This document shows positions 41,360-49,896 of a DNA stretch of 64,000 bases, in pieces. The DNA comes from Clostridia bacterium (lineage in GTDB: Bacteria; Bacillota; Clostridia; TANB77; CAG-508): assembly GCA_017409455.1 (NCBI GenBank), contig JAFQSS010000028.1, positions 11,007-75,006 on the forward strand, given 5' to 3'. Position numbers and translations under genes: made by a program. Each line of letters opens with the position of its first letter. Position 1 is the first letter of the stretch. The notes under the pieces were generated by a model, which was not told the DNA's origin, made no database searches, and saw only the letters and a program-made list of their open reading frames with translations.

Positions 41360-43006
41360 CCCAATTGCTTTTTCTAATCTTTCAACAATTCTATCTTTAC
41401 CTAAAACTTGCATAATTTCATACATATCAGGTGTATTAGTTCTAGAAGTTAAACCAACTCTAATTGCTGTACTTACATCGCCAACATGAGCTTTATACAT
41501 TCCTGGATTTGCTTTAAATTCTTTAACTTCTCCTGCATATCCCATTTCAACTGCTAATGCTTTAATTTTGTCAAACCAAGTTTGTTTATCATCATTTTCA
41601 TCATAATATTTTTCAATATACAATTTAAAGATTTTTTCTAAGTCTTCTTTATCTGATATTACTTGATATGGATATTCTTGAGCTTTACCATAGAATTTAT
41701 CATCATACATATATTCGATATTTTCTTTAACATCTGACCATTTTGCGATATCTTTTCTAGGCTTTTTATTTCCTCTTTCAATTCCAAATACTTTTAAAGC
41801 ATATTCTTTATCAACTAACATTTCAGCTAATTCTGTATCAAATTCTTTTGCCCATTCTAAAGATTCTTCATAAACAGCTTCAGCAGTCATTTTTGATATT
41901 ACTGTTTTTCCAATGTCTAGTAATTTTACCATATCAAATAATGCACCACTTACACTCATTTTATTTAATTGAAAATCAAATTCTTCCATTTTAGCATCTG
42001 GATTTGCTCTTCTCCAATTTTCAAATGTAGAATTCGCTATGTTTAATAAATATTCTTTTACTGCATCTGAAGGAACACCTTCTTGTTTATAATATTCTAC
42101 AGCTGCTTCTGGGTCTTTTCTTTTACTTAATTTACGTTTTCCACCATTGTCATTTTTCATGATTGGTGAAATATGTGCATATTTAGGAGCTTTAAATCCT
42201 AATTCATGGAATAATTGTAAATGTAATGGTACTGATGATAACCATTCATCACTTCTTATTACATGTGTTGTTCTCATTAAATGATCATCAACTGCATGTG
42301 CGAAATGATATGTTGGTAATCCATCTGCTTTTATTATTACTATATCTAAATCATTTTCTGGGAAGTCTACATTTCCTTTTATTACATCTTTATGTTTGAT
42401 TTTTCTGTCTTCTCTTCCAGGTGATTTAAATCTTATTATATAATTTTCACCATTTTGGATTTTTTCTACCATTTCTTCAACTGTAAGATTTCTACACTTT
42501 GCCCATACTCCATAATATCCTGGTCTTATTTTTGCTGATTCTTGTTTTTGACGTATTTCTTCTCCATCTTCTGGTGTACAGAAACATGGATATGCTTTTC
42601 CTTGTTCTATCATATATTTTGCATATGCTTGATATATTTCTTTTCTTAAACTTTGTTTGAATGGTCCATAATTTCCGATTTCTTCTGTGTCTGAAATCAT
42701 TCCTTCATCAGGAGCCATATCAAAATCCTTTAATGAATTTACAATTCCTGTCACTCCATTTTCAACTTCTCTTTTTTGGTCTGTATCTTCAACTCTTAGG
42801 AAGAATACTCCTCCTGTTTTTTGAGCTACTGTTCTTGCTACTAATGCTTGATATAGACCACCTATATGTACAAACCCTGTTGGGCTAGGAGCAAATCTTG
42901 TTACAATTGCTCCTTCTGGTAAATTTCTCTCAGGGTATTTTTCTTCATAATATGATATTTCTTTCACATCTGGAAAGATTAAATTTGCTAAATCTTTATA
43001 ATCCAT
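41357..43006 (-). CDS. gltX: glutamate--tRNA ligase (long form)
   Basis: 549 aa; RFAPSPTGFVHIGG (HIGH region) and KLSKRK (KMSKS). Confidence 0.88.
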   Translation of the reverse strand: MDYKDLANLIFPDVKEISYYEEKYPERNLPEGAIVTRFAPSPTGFVHIGGLYQALVARTVAQKTGGVFFLRVEDTDQKREVENGVTGIVNSLKDFDMAPDEGMISDTEEIGNYGPFKQSLRKEIYQAYAKYMIEQGKAYPCFCTPEDGEEIRQKQESAKIRPGYYGVWAKCRNLTVEEMVEKIQNGENYIIRFKSPGREDRKIKHKDVIKGNVDFPENDLDIVIIKADGLPTYHFAHAVDDHLMRTTHVIRSDEWLSSVPLHLQLFHELGFKAPKYAHISPIMKNDNGGKRKLSKRKDPEAAVEYYKQEGVPSDAVKEYLLNIANSTFENWRRANPDAKMEEFDFQLNKMSVSGALFDMVKLLDIGKTVISKMTAEAVYEESLEWAKEFDTELAEMLVDKEYALKVFGIERGNKKPRKDIAKWSDVKENIEYMYDDKFYGKAQEYPYQVISDKEDLEKIFKLYIEKYYDENDDKQTWFDKIKALAVEMGYAGEVKEFKANPGMYKAHVGDVSTAIRVGLTSRTNTPDMYEIMQVLGKDRIVERLEKAIG

Positions 43007-43021
43007 TTTTCTTCTCCTTTT

Positions 43022-43048
43022 TTACCATTATCTCCGTCCCCGTGGTAA
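43022..43048. repeat. type-3 repeat unit (TTACCATTATCTCCGTCCCCGTGGTAA)
   Basis: Single copy in the 46-nt rnj-gltX spacer; near-identical to the arms of the 22891..22959 hairpin. Confidence 0.8.
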
Positions 43049-43052
43049 CAAA

Positions 43053-44867
43053 TTACACTTCCATTATTATTGGAATTATCATTGGGTTTCTCTTTGTTTT
43101 AATAAATATATAATCACGTAAGTTTTCTTTTACTGTTGATTTTATTGTTGACCAATCACGAATTCCTCTTTCTTCACATTTTGAAATTTCATGTCTTACA
43201 ACACTTTTTACATCATCCATTAAATTTTCTGATTCTCTTACATAAACAAATCCTCTTGATATTACATCAGGTCCTGCAACTACTTCGCCTGTTGATGAAT
43301 CCATTGTTAATACTATTACTATTAATCCATCTTGTGCTAAATGTTGTCTATCTCTTAAAACAATATTTCCAACATCTCCAACGCCTAACCCGTCTACTAA
43401 TATTCTTCCACTTGGTACTGAACCATTGAATTTTGCTTCATTTTCATTTATTTCTAGTACTCTACCATTTGTCAACATGAATATGTCATCTTTGTCAATT
43501 CCCATAAGTTGTGCTGTTTCACTGTGTGCTCTTAATTGTCTGTATTCACCATGAACTGGTATAAAGTATTTTGGTTTTGCTAATGCCATTATCAATTTTT
43601 GTTCTTCTTGACAAGCATGTCCTGATACGTGTATATCTGCTAATGCACTATATACAACTTCTGCACCTAATTGCATTAAGTCATCAATTACTTTTGAAAC
43701 ATATTTTTCATTTCCTGGAATTGGTGTTGCTGATATTATTATTAAATCATTTGGTGTTATTTTAACTTTTCTGTGGTCACCTGCAGCCATTCTTGTTAAT
43801 GCTGACATTGGTTCGCCTTGACTTCCTGTTGTTATTATAACAAGTTGGTCATCTGTGTAACTTCCTATCATATCTATATCAATAAATAAATTTTCTGGAC
43901 AATTAATATATCCTAATTCTATTGATGTTGATATGATATTTATCATACTTCTTCCACATACAGCTATTTTTCTACCATATTTAACTGCTGAATTCACAAT
44001 TTGTTGTATTCTGTGTACATTTGATGCAAATGTTGCTACAACAATCCTTTTTGTACAGTTTAAGAATAATTTATCAAATACCTCTCCAACTGATCTTTCA
44101 GACATTGTAAATCCTTTTCTTTCAGCATTTGTACTATCTGACATTAATGCTAATATTCCTTTTTGCCCAATTTCTGCTATTCTTCCTAAATCCATAAGTT
44201 GTCCATCTATTGGTGTATAATCAACTTTGAAGTCTCCTGTGTGTAATATTGTTCCAGCTGGTGTTGTAATTCCTAACATTACAGAATCTGGTATACTGTG
44301 AGAACTTCTTATAAATTCAATTTTGAAGTTATTTCCTAATTTTATTGTGTCTCCTTGATTTACAATATGCATTTCTGTACTTCTTAATAATTTGTGTTCT
44401 TCTAATTTATTGCTTATTAATCCTGTTGCTAATCTTGTTGCATATATTGGCACATTTATTTGTTTTAAGAAATATGGAATTCCTCCTATATGGTCTTCAT
44501 GACCATGTGTTATTATCATTCCTTTGATTTTTTCTTGATTTTTAACTAGATATGTTACATCTGGTATTACTAAGTCTATTCCTAACATATCATCTTCTGG
44601 AAATGATATTCCACAGTCTACTATTATAATCTCATCTTCATATTCAAATACTGTTATGTTTTTACCAACTTCATGTAATCCTCCTAGTGGAATTATTTTG
44701 ATATTTGATTTTTTGAATATGTCTTGGCTTTGTGAACTTCTTGTTCTTTTTCCTCTTGTTCCTTGTTTTTTAGTTTCTTGATTTGCCTTTCTTTTTTTAC
44801 CTGTATTTTGTTTTCTCTCTGTATTTGTTCCATTTATCTCTTCTGGAACTTTGTTTTCCTCTGTCAT
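43053..44867 (-). CDS. rnj: ribonuclease J
   Basis: 604 aa; beta-CASP metallo-beta-lactamase (ITHGHEDHIGG); about 50-aa basic N-terminal extension. Confidence 0.9.
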   Translation of the reverse strand: MTEENKVPEEINGTNTERKQNTGKKRKANQETKKQGTRGKRTRSSQSQDIFKKSNIKIIPLGGLHEVGKNITVFEYEDEIIIVDCGISFPEDDMLGIDLVIPDVTYLVKNQEKIKGMIITHGHEDHIGGIPYFLKQINVPIYATRLATGLISNKLEEHKLLRSTEMHIVNQGDTIKLGNNFKIEFIRSSHSIPDSVMLGITTPAGTILHTGDFKVDYTPIDGQLMDLGRIAEIGQKGILALMSDSTNAERKGFTMSERSVGEVFDKLFLNCTKRIVVATFASNVHRIQQIVNSAVKYGRKIAVCGRSMINIISTSIELGYINCPENLFIDIDMIGSYTDDQLVIITTGSQGEPMSALTRMAAGDHRKVKITPNDLIIISATPIPGNEKYVSKVIDDLMQLGAEVVYSALADIHVSGHACQEEQKLIMALAKPKYFIPVHGEYRQLRAHSETAQLMGIDKDDIFMLTNGRVLEINENEAKFNGSVPSGRILVDGLGVGDVGNIVLRDRQHLAQDGLIVIVLTMDSSTGEVVAGPDVISRGFVYVRESENLMDDVKSVVRHEISKCEERGIRDWSTIKSTVKENLRDYIFIKTKRNPMIIPIIMEV

Positions 44868-45172
44868 AATTTAAATTTTCTCCTCTCTTTTCTCTTTTAA
44901 ATTTCATTTTACGTACATTTAAAAAATAGAACAAAGAAAGTTTATTTTTCATGAACTACCGCTCTTTCATGATTATAAACTTTTTATATATTCTGTTTTT
45001 CCCGTTCTTTTAATTATTCGCTTTTTTTATCTCTTTAATACATTAAAATAAAATCTCTTTTTTTGCCCTCTTGGCAATCTGTTTTAGATTATAACATATT
45101 TTGGAATAAAAGTCAAATATTTAAAAAGAGAAGGTCGATTAAAACCTTCTCTTTCATATTACTGGATTTTCC

Positions 45173-45442
45173 TTAGGTACATACTGTTGCTTTGTTAAGG
45201 TCCACATGAATCGGAACCTTCAAGTCCGGTACATACTTGCGAGCCTGAGTAAAGAGATTTTCAAAATCTGCACCTACTCCGAAGTTGGCCTTTTCAAATT
45301 CTGCAACAACATCAATGTTGATGTGTTTAGAATCCAGGTAATTCTCCAGCACGAGTCCTTCTCCAGTTTCACGGATTAAGAACCCCTCGGAAAAATTATC
45401 CCGAGCAATGAAAACAATTTTGCCAAATCTTTCATAAACCAT
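45173..45442 (-). CDS. orphan GC-rich hypothetical protein (89 aa)
   Basis: AGGAGA RBS before MVYERFGKIVF; TTGACA-17-(TG)GTAAAAT promoter at about 45500..45536; terminator agagaaggt...accttctct (45127..45152). Confidence 0.5.
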   Translation of the reverse strand: MVYERFGKIVFIARDNFSEGFLIRETGEGLVLENYLDSKHINIDVVAEFEKANFGVGADFENLFTQARKYVPDLKVPIHVDLNKATVCT

Positions 45443-45525
45443 AGCTAATTCTCCTTTTTTAGTGTTCGATATTGACATTTAATGTACTTTTTGTACATAA
45501 CATATATATTTTACCATATTTTATG

Positions 45526-45700
45526 TTAATTGTCAAAAATGCGTTTTTCTAATTCTTCAACAGTTCCATGTTCTATAAATTTATCTGGATATGCATAAGT
45601 TTGTATTTTTATATCTAGTAATTTATTATCGATAATCAATTCTTTTACAGCGGTTCCAAGCCCATTTATTTTAGTTCCATCTTCTATTGTAATAACATTT
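45526..45700 (-). pseudogene. dxs: C-terminal remnant of 1-deoxy-D-xylulose-5-phosphate synthase
   Basis: ITIEDGTKINGLGTAVKELIIDNKLLDIKIQTYAYPDKFIEHGTVEELEKRI matches only the last ~58 aa of a ~620-aa Dxs; upstream it runs straight into the repeat 45722..45774. Confidence 0.5.
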
Positions 45701-45721
45701 TTTGTTTTTTCAATACTTGAT

Positions 45722-45774
45722 AATTTGGGGACGGTCCTTTTTTTCGCGAATTTTGGGACAGTCCTTTTTTTCAC
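45722..45774. repeat. type-2 palindromic repeat, 2 tandem units
   Basis: aatttggggacggtcctttttttcgcgaa / ttttgggacagtcctttttttcac. Confidence 0.9.
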
Positions 45775-45854
45775 ATTTTAACATACTATTCATGTTTCAA
45801 CAAGATTAGATATAAAAATATCACTATTCATACGAATAATGATATTTTTATTTA

Positions 45855-46208
45855 TTATACTTCTATATTTTCTTCACTTACATCTGAAACTGGTTTGCTT
45901 GTTCCAAAAGAAAATACTTTTTTCTCTGATTTTGCTTTTTCTTCAAATCTTTTATTAAATTCTGCTTTTGCATCATTTAAAGTTTCTTGCATAGCATTAA
46001 ACATTTCTTCTACATCTTCTTTTGTAAAATCATATGCACTACTTCTTGCCATTGGCTCTAATATTTGAATATCATGCATTACATTATTTACTCTTTTCCC
46101 TGCAAACTCCATAAATTTGTTTCTTTTTTCTTCATTTACTACCATTTTTTCTACAATCCTTTCTTGTTCTATTTGTTCAAATATATCATAACTCTTTTCA
46201 ATTTTCAA
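45855..46208 (-). CDS. hypothetical protein
   Basis: 117 aa acidic, helical ORF; no family recognised. Confidence 0.45.
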   Translation of the reverse strand: MKIEKSYDIFEQIEQERIVEKMVVNEEKRNKFMEFAGKRVNNVMHDIQILEPMARSSAYDFTKEDVEEMFNAMQETLNDAKAEFNKRFEEKAKSEKKVFSFGTSKPVSDVSEENIEV

Positions 46209-46234
46209 ATACTTTTTTCGATTTATTAAAAAAA

Positions 46235-46260
46235 CGCAAAAAGGGACCTGGTCCCTTTTT
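46235..46260. repeat. type-1 palindromic repeat
   Basis: cgcaaaaagggacctggtcccttttt, 2 nt after the stop of the M23 (SpoIIQ-like) gene. Confidence 0.9.
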
Positions 46261-46262
46261 AT

Positions 46263-47063
46263 CTATTTTAAATGAATTGTAGGGTCTAAATATTCACCAT
46301 CTTTTAATAATTCAAAATGAAGATGGCATTCCATATTACTTTCAAATGAAGCTGTATTTCCTACTGTTCCTATAGTTTGTCCTTGTGTAACTTCTTCTCC
46401 TTCAACAACAAATTCTGCTGTTAATAGATTTGAATATACTGTTTCATATCCTTGCTCATGTGTAATTACAACTGTTAACCCATATCTTGGGTCATTTACA
46501 ATTGATTTAACAACTCCATCGGCAGCTGATTTTATTACACTTGTTTTGTCTGCTTTTATATCTATAGCAGTATGTGTAATCCATTCTTTTAAAGTTTCAG
46601 AATAAATTAAGTTATCTTTTGCATATTCACAGATTATCTCTCCTTCTGTAGGTTTTGCAAAAGTTATTTCTTTTTTATTTTCTGTAACTTCGTTTTCTGT
46701 TGGTGCATTAGTGTCTGTTACTGTATCTGGTTCATCTGGTGTGACAGTTGTTTCTGGTTGTTGGGCATCTTGAACAACTTCAGTATTTGTTTCTTTAGTT
46801 TCATTTGATGGCACTTCTTCACTTGGTATTTCAGTTTGTGTTGAGCTTTGTTGTTCTTCTACTGTTTTTCCCATTTCTGTATTAACAGTTTCTGTCTTGT
46901 TTTGAGTCTCTTTGCTAAATTGATCAGCATTTTCTATTCTAACTCCTGTTTTAGTTGACATATACATAATGATTCCTATTGATATTGCTAGTAAAATAAA
47001 AATTACTGTTCCAACATATATGAACATATTATCATTTTCTATAAATCTTTTTCCTCTTTTCAT
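46263..47063 (-). CDS. spoIIQ: M23/LytM-domain membrane protein, SpoIIQ-like
   Basis: 266 aa; N-terminal TM, low-complexity linker, LytM domain with intact H..D (HTAIDIKA) and HLHFE motifs; immediately downstream of spoIID, as I recall for C. difficile. Confidence 0.55.
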   Translation of the reverse strand: MKRGKRFIENDNMFIYVGTVIFILLAISIGIIMYMSTKTGVRIENADQFSKETQNKTETVNTEMGKTVEEQQSSTQTEIPSEEVPSNETKETNTEVVQDAQQPETTVTPDEPDTVTDTNAPTENEVTENKKEITFAKPTEGEIICEYAKDNLIYSETLKEWITHTAIDIKADKTSVIKSAADGVVKSIVNDPRYGLTVVITHEQGYETVYSNLLTAEFVVEGEEVTQGQTIGTVGNTASFESNMECHLHFELLKDGEYLDPTIHLK

Positions 47064-47123
47064 AACTTTCCTCCTTGATATTTTATTAATACAAGTATTT
47101 ACTTTTTTTCAAAGATTATTCAT

Positions 47124-48146
47124 TTAAAGAGAATTTACTTCAGTTATTTCCACATTTGTATAAAAATGTTTTACTATTGTTTCATAATTGGAACCCAATT
47201 TTGCCAGTGCGTCTGCTCCAGTTTGACTCATTCCCACTCCATGTCCATACCCTGTTACAACAAATGTAATGTTTTTCCCATCAATTGCAAATGTAAAATT
47301 AGTAGATTTTAATCCTAGTAATGTTCTTGCTTCTGTTCCTGCAATTTCTTTATTTCCAAATTTGATTGTCTTGATTCTTCCACTTGTCGTATATTCTAAA
47401 ATTTGAATACAGTTTTCTTGAGCAAAGTCTATTTCACAATCTTCATATTTTGTTCTGATTTTATCAATTAATTCTTGATGAGTTAATATTACTTGTGAAC
47501 TGTATTGTGTATAACCTTCTTCTCCTGTAGTTTCAACAGATTTTAAATATGGATAATCTATTCCTCCCCATATGTTTAATGAGCTTTCTGTAATACCTCC
47601 ACTGTTTGCGTGAAAAAATGCATTTATAGGTTGTCCTTCATAAGTTACTATTTTTCCTTTTGTTGAATCAACTGCTTGAACAATTTTGTTCCAGTTGCTT
47701 TCAGCTTCTGTCTGCTCCCATTTGGCTAATCTCTCATCTTTACTTATCCATGCTTGGCAACAATTAAAATCATCACACATATCTGCATTTTCATGTTTTA
47801 CACTATTATGAATTGTTTGATAAATTGTATATGTTCTTGCAACTACTGCTTGCGCTTTTAACGCTTCTAATTCAAAACTTGCAGGCATTTCGCTTGCCAC
47901 TACTCCATATAGATATTCATCAATATTTAATTCTTCTATTTGTGCAGTTTCTGGATGCAATAATTTTATTGTTTTATATTTTTCATAATCATATTGGTTG
48001 GATGTTTCTGGTTCAGTATCTTCATCTGAAACTTCAGTAGATAGAGTTTCTTGTGTAGGTTCTTTACTAGGTGTAATTGTACAAATTGCTGGTATTATAA
48101 AAAATAACATCAAAAATCCACCAAAATATATTAATATTTTTTTCAT
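47124..48146 (-). CDS. spoIID: stage II sporulation protein D (SpoIID/LytB lytic transglycosylase)
   Basis: AQAVVARTY, CDDFNCCQAW, FHANSGGITES, GYGHGVGMSQTGA motifs; start codon overlaps the sigF stop (ATGA). Confidence 0.85.
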   Translation of the reverse strand: MKKILIYFGGFLMLFFIIPAICTITPSKEPTQETLSTEVSDEDTEPETSNQYDYEKYKTIKLLHPETAQIEELNIDEYLYGVVASEMPASFELEALKAQAVVARTYTIYQTIHNSVKHENADMCDDFNCCQAWISKDERLAKWEQTEAESNWNKIVQAVDSTKGKIVTYEGQPINAFFHANSGGITESSLNIWGGIDYPYLKSVETTGEEGYTQYSSQVILTHQELIDKIRTKYEDCEIDFAQENCIQILEYTTSGRIKTIKFGNKEIAGTEARTLLGLKSTNFTFAIDGKNITFVVTGYGHGVGMSQTGADALAKLGSNYETIVKHFYTNVEITEVNSL

Positions 48147-48871
48147 ACACTAAGTTTCCTCCTCATATTATCAAGTACTTTTCGTTCAATTCTAGACACC
48201 TGAACTTGAGTTATTCCTAAGATTTTAGAAACTTGCATTTGTGTTTTTTGTTTATAATATCTAAGCATTATGATTTCTTTTTCTCTATCATTTAATTCAC
48301 CAATTAAATTTTTGATTGTTAATCTATTTGTAATTTCTGTTTGCTCATCTTTACCTGTTGAAATTTGTTCTAATATACTAATAGTTTTATCTGTTTTATT
48401 ATCTGTATATTTAGCACTTTCAATAGAATCTACTGGTCTTGTAGAGTCTAGTGCCATTGTAATGTCTTCTTTTGAAATTTTTAATTCTTTTGAAATCTCC
48501 TCCAATGTTATTTCTTTTCCATATTTGTTAAAATACTGTTTTTGTAATTCTAATATTTTTACATTTAATTCTTTAATACTTCTACTTACTTTTATTGGTC
48601 CATCATCTCTTATGTGTCTTTTTATTTCTCCTAAAATGTATGGTACTGCATATGTTGAAAGTCGAACTTCAAAACTTGTGTCAAATCTTTGTATTGCTTT
48701 TATAAAGCCAATACTTCCAATTTGATATAAATCTTCAATTTCATATCCTCTTCCACTAAATCTTCGAACTATGCTCCAAATAAGGCCATTATTGTCTTCT
48801 ATTAATTTTGTCATTGCTTCTTTGCTACCTTCTTGGGCTTGTTCGATGATTTTCATATCATTTTCATACAC
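48143..48871 (-). CDS. sigF: sporulation sigma factor sigma-F
   Basis: 242 aa sigma-70 group 3 protein; follows spoIIAA-spoIIAB; regions 2-4 recognisable (DLYQIGSIGFIKAIQRFD, QMQVSKILGITQVQVSRIE). Confidence 0.85.
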   Translation of the reverse strand: MYENDMKIIEQAQEGSKEAMTKLIEDNNGLIWSIVRRFSGRGYEIEDLYQIGSIGFIKAIQRFDTSFEVRLSTYAVPYILGEIKRHIRDDGPIKVSRSIKELNVKILELQKQYFNKYGKEITLEEISKELKISKEDITMALDSTRPVDSIESAKYTDNKTDKTISILEQISTGKDEQTEITNRLTIKNLIGELNDREKEIIMLRYYKQKTQMQVSKILGITQVQVSRIERKVLDNMRRKLSV

Positions 48872-49350
48872 TATTCCTCTCCCCTTATTGTAGCTACTGC
48901 AAATTCTTCTTTTTGAGAATTGCTTTTTATTTTTCTTCTCATTGTAACTTTAGTTCCTAAGCCTAATACTGATTCTACTTCCACATCATCCATAAAACTT
49001 TCCATTATTGTGAATCCCATTCCAGACCTTTCTAAATTAGCTTTTGTTGTATATAGTGGTTGTTTTGCCATTTCTACATTTTCAATCCCTTTTCCTGAAT
49101 CAGATATTTCTATAAATACTTCTTTTTCTCTTATTTTACAGATTAGTTTTACAATTCCTTGTCTTTCTTCATATCCATGAATTATTGAATTTGTAACAGC
49201 TTCTGATACTGCTGTTTTTATGTCTGCAATTTCTTCAAGTGTTGGATCTAGCTGTGCCACAAATGCTGCTACTGCTATTCTTGCAAATGCTTCATTGTTT
49301 GATTTGCTTAAAAATTCTATTTTCATTTCATTGTCATATGTATTATTCAT
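48871..49350 (-). CDS. spoIIAB: anti-sigma-F factor (serine kinase) SpoIIAB
   Basis: Start at [13 protein letters not shown]; HATPase_c motifs ([27 protein letters not shown]). The track ORF's 30-aa N-terminal extension is read-through of the repeat. Confidence 0.85.
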   Translation of the reverse strand: MNNTYDNEMKIEFLSKSNNEAFARIAVAAFVAQLDPTLEEIADIKTAVSEAVTNSIIHGYEERQGIVKLICKIREKEVFIEISDSGKGIENVEMAKQPLYTTKANLERSGMGFTIMESFMDDVEVESVLGLGTKVTMRRKIKSNSQKEEFAVATIRGEE

Positions 49351-49714
49351 ATTGCACCTCCTTGATAATTTGGGGACGGTCCTTTTTTTCACGAATTTTG
49401 GGACAGTCCTTCCTTTCAGGAATAATTCTTTGTATCCCACTCATTTCAAATATTTTTCTTACTGGTGTTGTCATGTTTGCGACTTGAACTTTTCCACCTA
49501 GCATATTAGCTAACTTATACCTTCCTATGATTAGCCCTATTCCTGCACTATCCATAAAAGAAACATTGTTAAAATCAAATATAATTTCTTTTGGCATGTA
49601 TCTTTCAATTTCATTATCTAATTTCCTCCTTATCTTTTGTGCTGTACATTCATCTATTTCTTCATCCATTTTGAAGATTAATTGCTTGTCGTCTTTTTTA
49701 TAGAAACTTTCCAT
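49343..49714 (-). CDS. spoIIAA: anti-sigma-F factor antagonist SpoIIAA (STAS domain), C-terminus encoded by a repeat element
   Basis: STAS core with phospho-serine motif ([17 protein letters not shown]). After MSGIQRIIP, the last ~22 aa ([24 protein letters not shown]) are translated from repeat 49367..49416. Confidence 0.8.
   Translation of the reverse strand: MESFYKKDDKQLIFKMDEEIDECTAQKIRRKLDNEIERYMPKEIIFDFNNVSFMDSAGIGLIIGRYKLANMLGGKVQVANMTTPVRKIFEMSGIQRIIPERKDCPKIREKKDRPQIIKEVQYE
49367..49416. repeat. type-2 palindromic repeat, 2 tandem units, inside the spoIIAA 3' end
   Basis: aatttggggacggtcctttttttcacgaa / ttttgggacagtccttcctttc. Confidence 0.9.
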
Positions 49715-49793
49715 ATAACCATCCTTTCGTTTAAATATGGTTATATTGTATAGTATTTACCATATTTTTCCAAGAGTAAAATAATAGAAGTTT

Positions 49794-49819
49794 TGTCGAA
49801 TTCATAGAAGTTTTCGACA
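49794..49819. promoter_or_regulatory. pair of inverted Spo0A boxes upstream of the spoIIA operon
   Basis: TGTCGAA at 49794..49800 (+) and TTCGACA at 49813..49819, each preceded by ATAGAAGTTTT; 80-105 nt upstream of the spoIIAA ATG. Confidence 0.5.
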
Positions 49820-49896
49820 AAGCAAAAAAAGAAAGCACAAACTTGAAATTTCAAATTTATGCTTTCTTTTAGGTTGTGTTTTTTCAGTGAGCAGTG

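Noticed and set aside
45701-45774. N-terminal part of track ORF 45526..45774 ([20 protein letters not shown]...)
   Set aside because: This peptide is just the tandem repeat element read in frame. The same pseudo-peptide appears in the spoIIAB track ORF ([16 protein letters not shown]), so it is not coding evidence.
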